A program made the position numbers and the translations under genes. A model generated the notes under the pieces. That model made no database searches. It saw only the letters and a list, made by a program, of their open reading frames with translations, and was not told the origin of the DNA. From Neoconidiobolus thromboides FSU 785 (Eukaryota > Fungi > Entomophthoromycota): a stretch of DNA of 49,978 nucleotides. How positions within the stretch are numbered: position 1 is the first letter of the stretch; every line of letters starts with the position of its first letter. Location of the stretch: positions 1 through 49,978 of the forward strand of contig MU626402.1 in assembly GCA_025603075.1 (NCBI GenBank). Reading direction: 5' to 3'. This document shows positions 23,734-36,452 of this stretch, piece after piece.

Positions 23734-26051
23734 TTACCAATGGAAATCTTTTACATGACGATTTAGTGTTGCTTTCCTACTATACGATTTGTCGCAGCCA
23801 GGTTCTGTACATTTGTATTTTGCTTTGTTTTCCTGTTTTCTAAAATGTAGACTGTTCGGTGAACTACTTCCTTGTGTTTCGTTATCACAATGTGCATTTT
23901 TCATATGCCTATACCATGAGCTTTTATTTTGGTAAGTTTTGTTACAACCATCTACTTTACATCTAAACTTTCCATCTCCCAGGTTAATGGGATCAGCCTC
24001 AAGCTCCTCTATTGATTTTTCAGTCAAAGGACTAAATAATTGCTCCTCCAGACTCGGTTCATTTCCACTATTGTATGATTCACTTTCCATTTCTTCTACT
24101 ATTTGTTGACTATTACCAGTATTTGTTTTATCTAGAAAATCATTTGCTCTACTTTTTTCATCCAAGTCATTGAGGTTATATGTTTCTTTGTGACCATTCT
24201 TGTCTAATGTATCAAATTTGAACGCGTCTTGAGGCTCATTTTCATCCATTTTTCCAGCTTTAGAGGCTCCTAAAACAGTATATTCTAAAGCAGAAACTGT
24301 ACTCAAATCCTCAATATTTTTTCTGAAAGTTAAAAAATGGACAGCTTCTTCGATTTTTTCCAGTTCCTCATTGTTTGTATTTTGTTTATCCAGTTTATAT
24401 CTGGCTCTTTTAGTAGTTAGCCCCTCAAAACAGGGTTCATTAGTGCTTTTTGGAATATTATGAGATTTGAAAATATGATGTTCCAAGGCTGACAACCTAT
24501 CAAATCTATATTGGCAATCGTGCTTAGGACATTTGTATTTTCTTTTTAAATATTCTTTTTTCGCATCACTTATTCCTAAAGTATTTAAAATCAATTCAAC
24601 TTTATTTTCGTCTTCATTTAGTCTATTTGTATCATCATTTAAATTTCCATCAAAATCATTATCAGATTCTCCTGATTGGGTCTGAGTAGAAGAATGGTTA
24701 TCTGTCTCCTTAATTTCATTTTCGTTATTTCTAATTTCTTCGTTTCTTCTTTCAACGTCTTCTAATCCTCTTATTATTTTGTGATGGTGGACCAAGTGAT
24801 GAGTGAGACGATTTTTCGATAATAATATGTGGTTACAGTTGATTACTGGACAAGTGATACTTCCTTCTAGCTGTGACAAAGATTTTGGATGTTTACGACG
24901 AATATGCATGTTTAGACGACCTTTAGATGGGAAAGACAAACCACATTCAGGTATTGGACACGAAAGTTCAACAGAAGATGATAAATGAACAGCTTTTAAA
25001 TGCTCCGTCAAGTTTTTTTTCTATAAGTGGTTTTCAGATGCTGTTCAAAATAACTGCATTAAAGATAAAAATACCTGTCCAAATTCACTATTACATTCAG
25101 CCTGAGGGCATTTAAATAAAATAACTTTCTTAATTCCCATATTTGTTGGTCCCTCGAACCCTCTAAAATGAGTTTTTACATGTGATTTTAATAGTGATCT
25201 ACTGTGAAAAAGTCGGTTACATACATGGCAAACTGCCGGATGTTTTTTACGATTATGAGAAACAAGTTCACTCCATTTTTGAAATCGAGAATTACATCCT
25301 TGAGTACTGCACAAATAATAATGTGTATCTATTTTAATAATTAACACCGTGTATAAGAATTTTATGACAAAGATTACCAGTGTGCGATAATAGATGATTC
25401 TTAAGCAAAGAAGGGGTATTAAACCTTCTATCACAACCATCAATAGTACAAGGATGCGGCAATAACCCTTGATGTTTACAAATATGGCGATTCAACTTGT
25501 TACGCTTAGTAAATGCTTCATTGCAATTAGGCCATGTGCACTACAAATCATTAGAATTCAAATTTAACTTTTACAGAAATATTTTACATCATTATATGAG
25601 AATTAATATTTTACATATTAAGGATTACAAAAAGCTGTAATTAACTAATTCTTACCTTGAACTCTTTGGCTTCATGAAATGTTTTTATATGTTGGTTGAT
25701 ATAGTGTTCATAAACAAAGCTCCTTTTACAACCTTGAATAGGGCATTGAAAACCAGCAATTTCATTGCTTTCATTTTCTTTATCTGACCTTTTATTATGT
25801 ATTTGATGGGCCAATATATGCCTATCTAAATGATCTTTCCTATAATATGCTTTCTCGCAACCATTATATGTACATTTGAATGATTTTTGACCTATATGTG
25901 TTTTAAAATGCGCTCGTAAGATGCTTGGTTTTCTATAAGATTTTTTACAGCCTGAATAGGTGCAGTTATACATCCTATCTTCACCTTTTAGTACAAGTAT
26001 TTGATTTTCTTCATTGTCACTTGTCTCAGGATTTATATATTCTTTGTCCAT
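23734..26051 (-). CDS. PZF1: C2H2 zinc-finger protein, transcription factor IIIA-like, 13 fingers, 4 exons
   Basis: Tandem C-x4-C fingers, TFIIIA-like finger 6 CSTQGCNSRFQKWSELVSHNRKKH followed by short C-x2-C finger 7, and late finger CQYRFDRLSALEHH; an exon at about 25541-25379 supplies fingers 4-5. Confidence 0.7.
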
Positions 26052-26457
26052 TACTGTTTCTATTGTTTCTATTTAGTAAATATGCTAGAAGGATTTGAAT
26101 ATCTAATTAAATTTGCCTAATAATATGAAAAGTTTATTTATTAAAATGTAATAAATTTTATAAATAAAAGTTTTTTTGGTTTACTATTGAAACCACTTAA
26201 AATAATGGGCTCTTTTCTCTATTATGTAATTTTTTGAATAATTTTCTAGGAATTTAAAGAATATGAACACACAGCTGATTCGGGTAAATTACTGTATCCT
26301 TAGCTGTGATTTTTATAATTGATAGTTGGTTGAAACGGTTCTTTCAATACCCCCTGTCTTAGATTTAGCTTAATTTTAGACAAGTATTTACTCTCAAATG
26401 AACGGTTAGTTAAGTCACAATAGAGCTGCAGCAACTGTAAATAAAAATGAGAAATTT

Positions 26458-26562
26458 ATATGGGAATATATTTTTTCGTTTAAGGATTTTACTAACAACC
26501 TTTCTGCTCGGATAGCACCTAAAAAATGGAAAAAATAATGAAGTCAAAAAACACTCCCATAT
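26458..26562 (-). mobile_element. MITE-like element copy F
   Basis: ATATGGGAATATATTTTTT...AAAAAACACTCCCATAT; reverse complement matches core. Confidence 0.8.
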
Positions 26563-26928
26563 GCTTATTTTGAGTATCTTTAATACTTCGGTTTTATTTC
26601 ATTGCAATACTAAAATTAATATTAGATGAAAAATGTATCTATGGAATAGGCTGCACCTATACCTTTGTTTTTGTTCTGCACTTTGTTTTTTTAAATATAA
26701 ATTTATGATTGTAAAAAAAGCTTTAAAACTCAAAGCAATAGAAAATAAATACAAATTAAGAACGCCAAGTCATCATCTAATTGCAACTTGTTCTATTTAT
26801 TTAATTCAAAATTAAAAACTATAAACTGGCTTAAAATCAGAAGGAGACAATTAACTTTATTATAACTAAATTAATAAAATAGTATAAATCAAAATGACGA
26901 TTTGAGTAATTTAATATTGTAAAATCAA

Positions 26929-28501
26929 CTATGTAGCATGATTTGGTAATGAATCAATAATAGATTTCACTTTAGGTTGAGGCTGAGGCGGTCTGAAAGC
27001 TGGTAAATTTGTGCTAGAAGTGCGTGAGATTGAAGGGTACTCATCAACATTTTCATTAGAAATATTTGTCTTTTCATCTTTTTCTTCGTTTAAATAACTA
27101 GACTTTTCACTGTTAGGACTTAATATTGCATTTTCCATTTCATTTTCACCTCTCTTAATGCTGTCGTGACTCCTTTCCTCGCTTTCACTATCAACCTCTA
27201 AAGGTGGAGAGTTAGGCAAAGGTGGGCCAAACCCATAGTTGGGATGGGTAGGAGAAAGCTCATCCTCTTTGCCCCAAACATCTCTATCATCTTCGATCGA
27301 GAACGAATTTCTATTCTGGTATTCATTAAGTTGCTGCTGAAAGTTAACGAGGCTAGCTGGCATAGGCTCATGATCGATTTCATGATCTTTTTCTGTTGCT
27401 GGGTGAGAGCTTTGATCAGTAGTTGTAGATAAATCAATGCTTTCCAATGCTGGACTTAGTCCAGTCTCTTCAATCTTTTTTAATGACTCACTTACCTCTT
27501 GAGCCCTATTAGTAGGATTTGTATAAGTAGTATCTATAGTAGTATTTGAAGCTACTTCTGGGATACCATCTAAATTTTGTTCTTGGTTTTGAAAACTGCT
27601 AACTGGCTTGTTTGGTACATCGTTGAGGGGAATGTTATTATTCCTCAAAAAATTAGGTGTAACAGAAGCTGAAGCTGGTGAATGTGATAATCCAGAATCT
27701 CTTCTAGCATAAGGGCCTGTGATAGGTTTTGCCAAAATTACACTACATGGGCCTTTTTTTAACAAATAATCCTCTAGACCACCGTATATGGTCCTAAACA
27801 TAAGATTTAAAAACTATGTGCGTTTTCAAAATATAAATTACTTTTGAATAATGTTAATTGGTAAAGGGCTTAAAACAATCATTTCAGCATGAGTATATTG
27901 GGCTAATTTCACTATAGTAAGTTTGGCATCTCCTTCAGGCATGATAACTTTTTGAGATACGATCTAAATAAAATTAGTATAACATTACATAATAAATAAA
28001 CATATGTTACATCATGTTCAGCTAAACTCATACGAAAAACTTCCATTTCTTGTTCAATCCTTTCTTGTTTCTAAAACATATTAATAATAATAATAATTGT
28101 TATATATTATTACCCTTTTATGCTCGATCTCTACCGATATTTCCTCTATTTTTATGTTAGTAGTGTACATTAACATTATATTTTTTATCTCTTTAAAAAA
28201 TTTACCATTTGCTAATTTCCAAAGCTTTTTTGTATCAACAATAGTATAAGCTTCATCCAAGAATACCGATAATAAAGTAACGTAATCCAGCCCAGGCCTA
28301 AAAATGTTTTCTAAAGCCCTAATAAAATGGCTTAATAAAATATAACTATAATCGAATTTGTTACCATTGAAACGATGGACCTGATAGTTCTAAAGAATAA
28401 TATAAAAATATAATTTTTCTTCTATTCCCAATTGCAATATTTCCAGAAACTGGAGACTGTAGAGGTAAACGAGGTTGTATTAAAGAAGGTGTTCTTTGCA
28501 T
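26929..28501 (-). CDS. Universal stress protein (USP) domain + long acidic/Pro-rich tail, multi-exon
   Basis: Spliced RRKIIFLYYSLELSGPSFQW-ALENIFRPGLDYVTLLSV, EGDAKLTIVKLAQYTHAEMIVL and YGGLEDYLLKKGPCSVILAK follow the USP fold pattern. Confidence 0.65.
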
Positions 28502-29575
28502 TTTAGAATGAATTAAAGTAAAATTAATTGCTTTTATATTTTGGAAAATTAATGGCTAATTTAATGTTCAACTAGGATGAGGTGTGCTTAAGTTCAAAAT
28601 ATTTGCCAATAAATTTCAAAAAATACACCAGTAATTTATATGATTGGAAAAATTCTTATTTTCATTTGTAATATACCCAATTAAATAGTAGTGTAAATTG
28701 AAATAAGAACATTTATGGAATAGTATTAAATTTTGTGTTATGCCCTTAAAGGCCTTCATTTTAAACATGTTAAAAAAATGTAATTCAAGTTAATCCTTGA
28801 AAAGGCCCCCTATGTTTAAAAAGTAATTTAACTTAGATAATCGTTAATGCTATTTATATAGTATATTGAAATGTGTAACATGACTTAGGAGATATTATTT
28901 CAATTTGGTATTAGACCTATTTGGTTGGTTGTACTTATCTTGGTTAGATTTGAGCTAATTTAGAAACACACCTGATAATTTTATTAGTACTATAAATTTT
29001 AAGTGATTAAATTAGCATTACTAAATTTTGAAATAAAGTTTTCGTTTATAAGTCAAACATTTAATGCCTATGAATCTTGAACTTAGAGAGAGCCAAAGGA
29101 AATAGTGATATCTTTATACATTAAATTATGTAATGTGTATTTTCAGATTGAAATAAGGTTCAGAAAAATTCTATTCTTACAACTAATTTCTATCTTGTAA
29201 TATTTCTGTGTCTACAAAATATGACTAGATAAAATAAAAACATCGCCTTATTTTTAACATAAATAATGGCGAAATTCCAAATACCACCATCAAGTTAAGG
29301 AGAAATTTACGCTTTAACTATATCAACTTAGTTTATACTTGAATAAACTTTATAAGCATTTTGAATATAACTACTATGATATTAGTAGCCTTAATTTGTG
29401 TTGAAATAATATAAAAAATGTTATATTTTTAGTCTGTTGACCCTATATTAAATTGTAATATAAACTTTTCAAAATAATGAGTTCAACATTTTTAATACAT
29501 AGACAAATTTATAAATTTATGTTGTCTTACTAAGTTTGATATAATAATAGTAATAAATTTAATATGAAATTTAAA

Positions 29576-31065
29576 TCACCATTCAGGATCACCTTTGATT
29601 CCTATAAAACTAGATACCAATGAAGTACAAATAATAGTAGTAGAATGGAATGCAAACCCTCTATACAAAGCGCCAAATCCGTGCGTTTGATAATATGTAG
29701 TTACACCAATAAGTTGACGTTTTGGCTCAGGTTTAGCTTCCTCAGTAACAATACGATAAGCACAATCTAGAGCATTGGCATAAGGAGCATTACGAGTTCT
29801 AATACACCCGATAAAGTTTTTATTGGCAGTTGATTTATAACGAGGTTGAGCTTGTAACCTTTTACGTATTGTGTCTAATGGAAGAACTATCATTAGTTCT
29901 ATTGTACTTAGTGCTAATTCAAATAGCCCATAAATGAATGGAGAATCAAGTGGTGATATATGAAATAATCTGTCTATAATTAATGGGGCGCACTGTTGCA
30001 TGAGTGGGCTCAATATATGATATAGAGCACTTGGTAATATATCCTCTCCCCAATATAAAGCTTCGAGGCCTTCTTCTTGTAAAATTGTAACTAAAGCATG
30101 GAAAGGTCCATTATATTTTGCCACTTTAGGGTCAGAAGATTGTACTATTAATCTAAAGTAATTTGTTTTTATATCTCAATTATATCTTGCTTGATAAAAA
30201 TTACCTTGTACGTATAAGATCTAATGGGTTCAATAATAAACCAGCTGCTAGATTTGAAACCATCATAGTTGCAATATTTGGACCAGCTGAGTCTAAATGC
30301 ACTAATGGTATTGTATCATCGTATAAATCAAAAGTGTCATTTAATGTTCCTTCAATGCTTGGTTGTAAAAATAGATGTAGCATATTATAAATCCAATAAC
30401 TAAACTGTCCTAACATTTAAGGTTAAATCATTATATTACACTGTAGCTAAAACTTACCTTTCCATAAAGAAAACACACCTTCACTAGGGTGTTTTATAAT
30501 GCAATTCATAGTGCTCCATAAACCGCCTTCTAAATCAGATAGTTGATAAGCTGGTTTTGTGCCAATGTCTTCATTCTCTACTATATAGCCCATTTTATCA
30601 GTAACATTAATTTTATTTGTATTTAAGCTAATTTCTTCGTCCATACCTTTTTTTGTAGTATCCTCAATATCAGAATCAAACTAATTCAATTTCAGTATTA
30701 ATTCTATATAATATGATTTCTCTTACTTCATCTGAATCATCTGAGTCAAAATAATGCTTTTCATTGACCTCCTTTTTTTGGAAACTAGTCGGAAGGTGTT
30801 GAACTTGGATTAAAGTATGGGCAACTTCAAACGGGGAGGCCATAGCTGTGGTTACATACTTCATTAAAGCATACGTTATAATATCCCAATGATCATGCTT
30901 CTCTTGAGTTGGAAGGGCAAATGTAAGAGCTGATTGGGGATCAATGTTACCACTTGGTAAATAAGGATTCAAAGATGCAGGGTTACTGACGCTAAAATCT
31001 ACATAAGGCCTATAAGGATTGACTTTTTCAGAATCATTCTTCTGGTACGAATTATCACCATTCAT
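29576..31065 (-). CDS. UGO1: Mitochondrial fusion protein Ugo1 (SLC25A46-like carrier fold), 4 exons
   Basis: SPFEVAHTLIQVQ, EGVFSLWKG, NPLDLIRTR, LPLDTIRKRLQAQ, LYRG carrier signatures with the acidic insertion typical of Ugo1. Confidence 0.75.
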
Positions 31066-31205
31066 TTTGAAAAATAGTAAAAAACATAAAAGTGACCTCA
31101 TTAATAACTCACTAAATTAAATCCCATAAAAGTTAATAAATCCAATTCAATCCAACCTAATAAAAAAGTTATTTTCAAATTTAAATAAAAAAGTGGTTTA
31201 CTGGA

Positions 31206-33091
31206 ATGGCTGAAGTTGCTCAAAAGAAAAGGAATCGTAAACGATCAAAAAAAACTGGTAAAAAAGAAGTTGTTGACAATGATAACAACAATGTCGACGT
31301 AACAACACCAGAGGTTATAGAAAAGGAGGAGGAAAAAGAAACTAAAGCTGAAGATAGTGAAGAAGAGGAAAATTTACCTGGTAAAAAGAAACCCAAGGCA
31401 GAGAAAGCACTTGAAAGTGAAGAGGAGCCAGAAGAAGAGGAGAGTGAGGAAGAGATCCAAGAAAAAGCTGAAAAGAGTGTCAAGTATAAGGAAAATGCTT
31501 TAAGCAGCTTTGATGCAACTAACAAAGTAGGAACAGGAGAGGTAAATTATGACTTTTCAAGTTTAGATATTAGTGAGTCAACTCTCAATGCTATCAATGA
31601 TATTGGATTCACCAAGATGACTGAGGTACAAGCACGTACAATACCCGCATCTTTAACTGGAAGAGATATCTTAGGTGCTGCTAAAACAGGTAGTGGTAAA
31701 ACTGTTGCTTTCTTAATTCCAGCCATTGAGCTTTTATCAAAATTGAAGTTTAAACCTCGAAACGGGACTGGTATTGTTATTATTTCTCCAACTCGTGAAT
31801 TGGCTTTACAAATTTTTGGAGTTGCAAAAGATCTTTTAAAATACCATTCACATACATTCGGTATAGTTATGGGTGGCGCTAATCGTAGAGCTGAAGTAGA
31901 AAAATTGATCAAGGGAGTAAATTTAATTGTTGCTACCCCAGGTCGTTTGTTAGATCATCTTCAAAACACTCAAGGTTTTATTTATAAAAACCTTAAAGCT
32001 TTGATTATTGATGAAGCAGATCGTATTTTAGATTGTGGTTTTGAAGACGAAATGAAGCAAATCATTAAAATATTACCAAAAGGTACGTTAAATTTTATAT
32101 TTCAATATTTTAACTAACCTTTTTAGAACGCCAAACTATGTTGTTTTCGGCTACACAAACTACCAAGGTTGAAGACCTTGCCAGAGTCTCATTAAAGAAG
32201 AGCCCATTATATATCAATGTTGATCAACATAAAGAAGCATCAACAGCAGAAGGCTTAGAACAAGGGTATGTAGTTTGCGATTCTGACAAACGATTTTTAT
32301 TATTATTTACATTTTTGAAAAAAAATCTAAAGAAAAAAATTATTGTTTTCTTTTCTTCATGCAATTCAGTAAAATATCATGCTGAATTATTGAACTATAT
32401 TGATATTCCAGTGCTCGACCTCCATGTAAGTTTGGTTATTAATTATAAATACAAATTATTTAAAAATATAGGGTAAACAAAAACAAGCAAAAAGAACGAA
32501 TACCTTCTTTGAATTTATGAATGCCGAGACTGGTATATTGATCTGTACAGATGTAGCTGCACGTGGTTTAGATATCCCAGAAGTTGATTGGATTATTCAA
32601 TTTGATCCTCCAGATGATCCAAAAGATTATATTCATAGAGTAGGACGTACGGCTCGTGGTAAAGGAAAAAAGGGAAAATCTTTATTGTTTTTATTACCAT
32701 CTGAGTTAGGATTTTTGAGATATTTAAAACATGCAAAAGTGCCTTTAAATGAATATCAATTTCCAACATCTAAAATAGCTAACATCCAAAATCAATTGGA
32801 ATCTCTTATAGAGAAGAACTATTATTTAAATCAATCTGCAGTTCAAGGGTTCAGATCTTATCTTCAAGCATATGCATCTTATTCTCTCAAGTCTATTTTC
32901 AAAATTAATGACATGAACCTTATTAAGGTAGCCAAAGCCTTTGGTCTTAAAGTTCCACCAAAGGTCAATTTAAGTAAGTTTATGATTCACCATTAACACA
33001 TTGTTTAATCTTTATTTTAGCTATTGGACCATCATCTACCAAGGATTCACAGCGCAAGTCTAGGCCCCTTTCAGAAAAAAAGAAGCTTTAA
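31206..33091 (+). CDS. HAS1: DEAD-box RNA helicase Has1/DDX18, 4 exons
   Basis: [73 protein letters not shown]; last exon ends KKKL-TAA at 33091. Confidence 0.92.
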
Positions 33092-33257
33092 TTTAACTTT
33101 GATTTATAGTTTTTAAATCATCAACTACTTCTAGACTATTAAATAACTATAGAATATAATTCACTTTACAACTCATAATGATTTATACTTCTAAAATTAT
33201 TATGATTTTTTTTTAAATATATTTATGTAAAAAACCAAAATGAATTTTGTTACCCAA

Positions 33258-33360
33258 TATATGGATGTATTTTTGTTTAAGAATTTTACTAACAAATTTT
33301 CCACTCAAATAGCGCATAAAAATGAAAAAGATGATAAAATCAAAAAGAATATCCCCATAT
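33258..33360 (-). mobile_element. MITE-like element copy G
   Basis: ATATATGGATGTATTTTTG...AAAAAGAATATCCCCATAT with reverse-complement core. Confidence 0.8.
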
Positions 33361-33889
33361 GTTAAATTACATATTTTTATTGTATATTAATTCCATAGTT
33401 TAAATACCTCTGCTTAAAATTTTAAGCCGTATAGTAGCCTTTTCTGAAGGATACTATAGTTGTATCTGGCTTTTCTGAATCAACATGTTAAAAATGCCTC
33501 CAATAAAATAAAAACAGTTTTTATTAACAAATTGCAACTTGACTAAATTGGAGATAAATTGAGACTTCATTTTACCTTTTAGCCAATAACATTGAAGTAT
33601 TTCAAATTAACTATATAGACTTTGAAGCAATCAGCTTTTATTCAAATAATTGACTTTAAACTTGCTTTTTTAAAGTTCTAATAATTTAATAATCTTCTGA
33701 TTCAAATAAATAATTATGGTTTTTATGGGTTATTCGTATTATCAATTTAGAATAAATTATGAAAACTTCTTTGCTTTCCAGTATTTAAAATCTGGCCCAA
33801 TAAAATAAAATAAAATCATAAAATAAGGTATCAGAGTTTATTTTATTAACAGTTAGATATAAATTAATAAAGTCACTTTTAAGCTTCAA

Positions 33890-35680
33890 ATGGGGAGGGC
33901 TTGCTATTTATGTAGAAACAAACCAGATCATAAAAATGAATGGTGTAATCATTCATGTCTTATTCAAAGCAAAGACCACAAAAGGATAAGTCTCAATTTA
34001 GAGAGACATGAGTTGAAGAAAAAGAATCAATATGATGATATACATAGCTGGGCTTTGCCATTTATAACTTTCAATATACCAGAGTCAAATGTCAAAGAAT
34101 CTAATAATAATAAAGAAAAAATAGAGATAAAAAAAAGCAAACAATATGATCCAATTCACAATTGGGCAGTTCCGATTATTCAATTTGCACCACAAAATGA
34201 AGAGAAAAAGAAGAGGAGTAAACCAAAGATCAATCATATCATACAAAGAAAGGTTATAATTAAAGACAACATTTCAATCAAAGATTATATGACAATTAAG
34301 GACAACATCTTTATTTCTATCATTCGTTTCCCGATTAAAACTAGAATGCAAAATGTAATGACATTGATACAGTATTCTTTCCCAGTTAAAGATGACAAAG
34401 TGGAACTTTTTCTTTTATTAGTAAAAAAATTGAGACTATTGATTTCTAGTGGACGAAAGATTAATTTCGATTCAAAATTAACGGAAGGATTTTATAAGCA
34501 AGAGTTTATAAACTTAGGATTGGAAAGTTTTTTAAGCCAATGTTCTTTAAGTATTAATTTATTTTCAAAAATGGATTTTGATTATGAAAAGTTAAGTACG
34601 CCATTAAAATGGACAATAGTTGCTTGTGGGCTAAGTTGGGTGGAACAAACAGAACAGGTAAAATTACAGTTGAAATATTTAGAACAAGTTATCTGGAATC
34701 ATTTTTCTCATCTTACTTCTATTCGCCCCACTTTACAAAATTTACAAGCCATGTTATTAATAGCTATACATTTACCAAATTTCTTATCAACAAACAGTGT
34801 AAGGGCTTCTCTTATCCTACAATGTTTAACAATATCATCTGCTATCGGTTTGCATTTGTTCGCTAATAGATTGAATTCAAAGACAAGGTTTGAAAGACAA
34901 CTTGCTTATGCAGCACTAATATTTACATCAACATTAATGGACTTGTCTTCTGGAGCATATATGGCTACACCATTTAAGCCAAAAAATATAGACTCAGCTA
35001 ACCTTTCAAAGCCTATTTATACATGTCCCTTTAAGGAATATGTTACAAAAAATGAGGAAAGCTTGGTTGATTTAATATTGGCAGATTATTTTTGTGAAAT
35101 AGCAGGAATTGTTTCAATGATTAATTTTATAAAAGAGAGATTTAAAATAAGTCAAGACAATAAATTGGTTAGTAGTTTGACGAAAATACTAAGTCAAGTA
35201 AAAACTACTACTTTAAACTACCTTTTTAAGCTTTCATCCATTAACAATAGTACAAGTAATGATTATTTAATAGCTAGAATTAGATCATTAGATCATATGA
35301 TAAGGCTTTTAAACCATTATATACAATTTTTTATACTATCATTGAACTTTTATCATCCTAGTAAAGATAATAAATTAAAGAAAGGAGACTCGAATATTAA
35401 AGGAGTATTAAAATTAGCATTATTACAATGTCACCTCTTTATTGAGCATGTAATCAAACTTCCTCCACAGTTCATGGTAGGCTTTCCTATTCCCATGCTT
35501 TCCCAATGCCTTGCGTTCTTAGCACAAAACCAATACTATGACAATATAGAAACAAATAGACTCGCAATTCTCAATGGTTTAAAATTAATGGAATCTTTAA
35601 ATCAATATTTAGTTCATTATTGGCCATGTAAGCTAAATGTTGATCTTATACATATGATTATAAAGTCTAAAAATGTATAG
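33890..35680 (+). CDS. Fungal-specific transcription-factor-like protein with degenerate Zn-cluster N-terminus, intronless
   Basis: MGRACYLCRNK start; PTLQNLQAMLL...IGLHL...FERQLAY resembles the Fungal_trans middle homology region; clear paralog of 47921..49561. Confidence 0.6.
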   Translation: MGRACYLCRNKPDHKNEWCNHSCLIQSKDHKRISLNLERHELKKKNQYDDIHSWALPFITFNIPESNVKESNNNKEKIEIKKSKQYDPIHNWAVPIIQFAPQNEEKKKRSKPKINHIIQRKVIIKDNISIKDYMTIKDNIFISIIRFPIKTRMQNVMTLIQYSFPVKDDKVELFLLLVKKLRLLISSGRKINFDSKLTEGFYKQEFINLGLESFLSQCSLSINLFSKMDFDYEKLSTPLKWTIVACGLSWVEQTEQVKLQLKYLEQVIWNHFSHLTSIRPTLQNLQAMLLIAIHLPNFLSTNSVRASLILQCLTISSAIGLHLFANRLNSKTRFERQLAYAALIFTSTLMDLSSGAYMATPFKPKNIDSANLSKPIYTCPFKEYVTKNEESLVDLILADYFCEIAGIVSMINFIKERFKISQDNKLVSSLTKILSQVKTTTLNYLFKLSSINNSTSNDYLIARIRSLDHMIRLLNHYIQFFILSLNFYHPSKDNKLKKGDSNIKGVLKLALLQCHLFIEHVIKLPPQFMVGFPIPMLSQCLAFLAQNQYYDNIETNRLAILNGLKLMESLNQYLVHYWPCKLNVDLIHMIIKSKNV

Positions 35681-36452
35681 TTATCGATATTAATGCTTAC
35701 TTATACCATATTGAATGTACCATTTTGTAATTTTATTTCATCCTTTTCATATATGTATTGATAAATTAATTGAAACCTTCATTTACATTTAAACCTATTT
35801 TGTATTGTTTTTAAAAAACAGATATTTAATTCATTATATTTTTAGTGTTCAACTTCTACAAAAATAGTTTATTTAAAAAATTGATATTTACATAATAACT
35901 ATAAAATGATAAAGTATATCCTAATTTTCTGGGTAATGATCTATTAATTTCATTTTATTTAAGTGAAATTAGCTGTAAAAAAATTAAGTACTAAGATGTC
36001 AATGTAATAATAATTTGGATTTTCTAACAATCATAATTCATTTATTATCTACTATAATTAACTACTTTTCAAATGATTGAATAAAATATATTTGATATCA
36101 TAATTTTATTTGTCTTCTGATAAACTATATTGATCTCTCCCATTTATAAAACAAACAGGCTATCTTTGTACACCAAATAAATAGCTATTTTTTAAATACT
36201 AATTTGAATTTGACAATTAACTTTAATTATAAAATAAAGTAACAAATGAATATTAATGATATTTCAAATAAACTTGATATCATATTTTAGCTTTTAGTTT
36301 TTAATAAAAATATTATAAATTATAAGTTTAAAGCAACCTATAGATTTGATAAATTTAAAATAATTTAAAATAATTGGAATTATTTATGTAAATATAATAT
36401 AATTAAAATTAAACAATAAAGTATGCTGTAAAGAGAGGAAAGAAGTCCGAAA

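Noticed and set aside
26633-26815. 60-aa intergenic ORF
   Set aside because: No motif, AT-rich, lies between a MITE and a gene 3' end.
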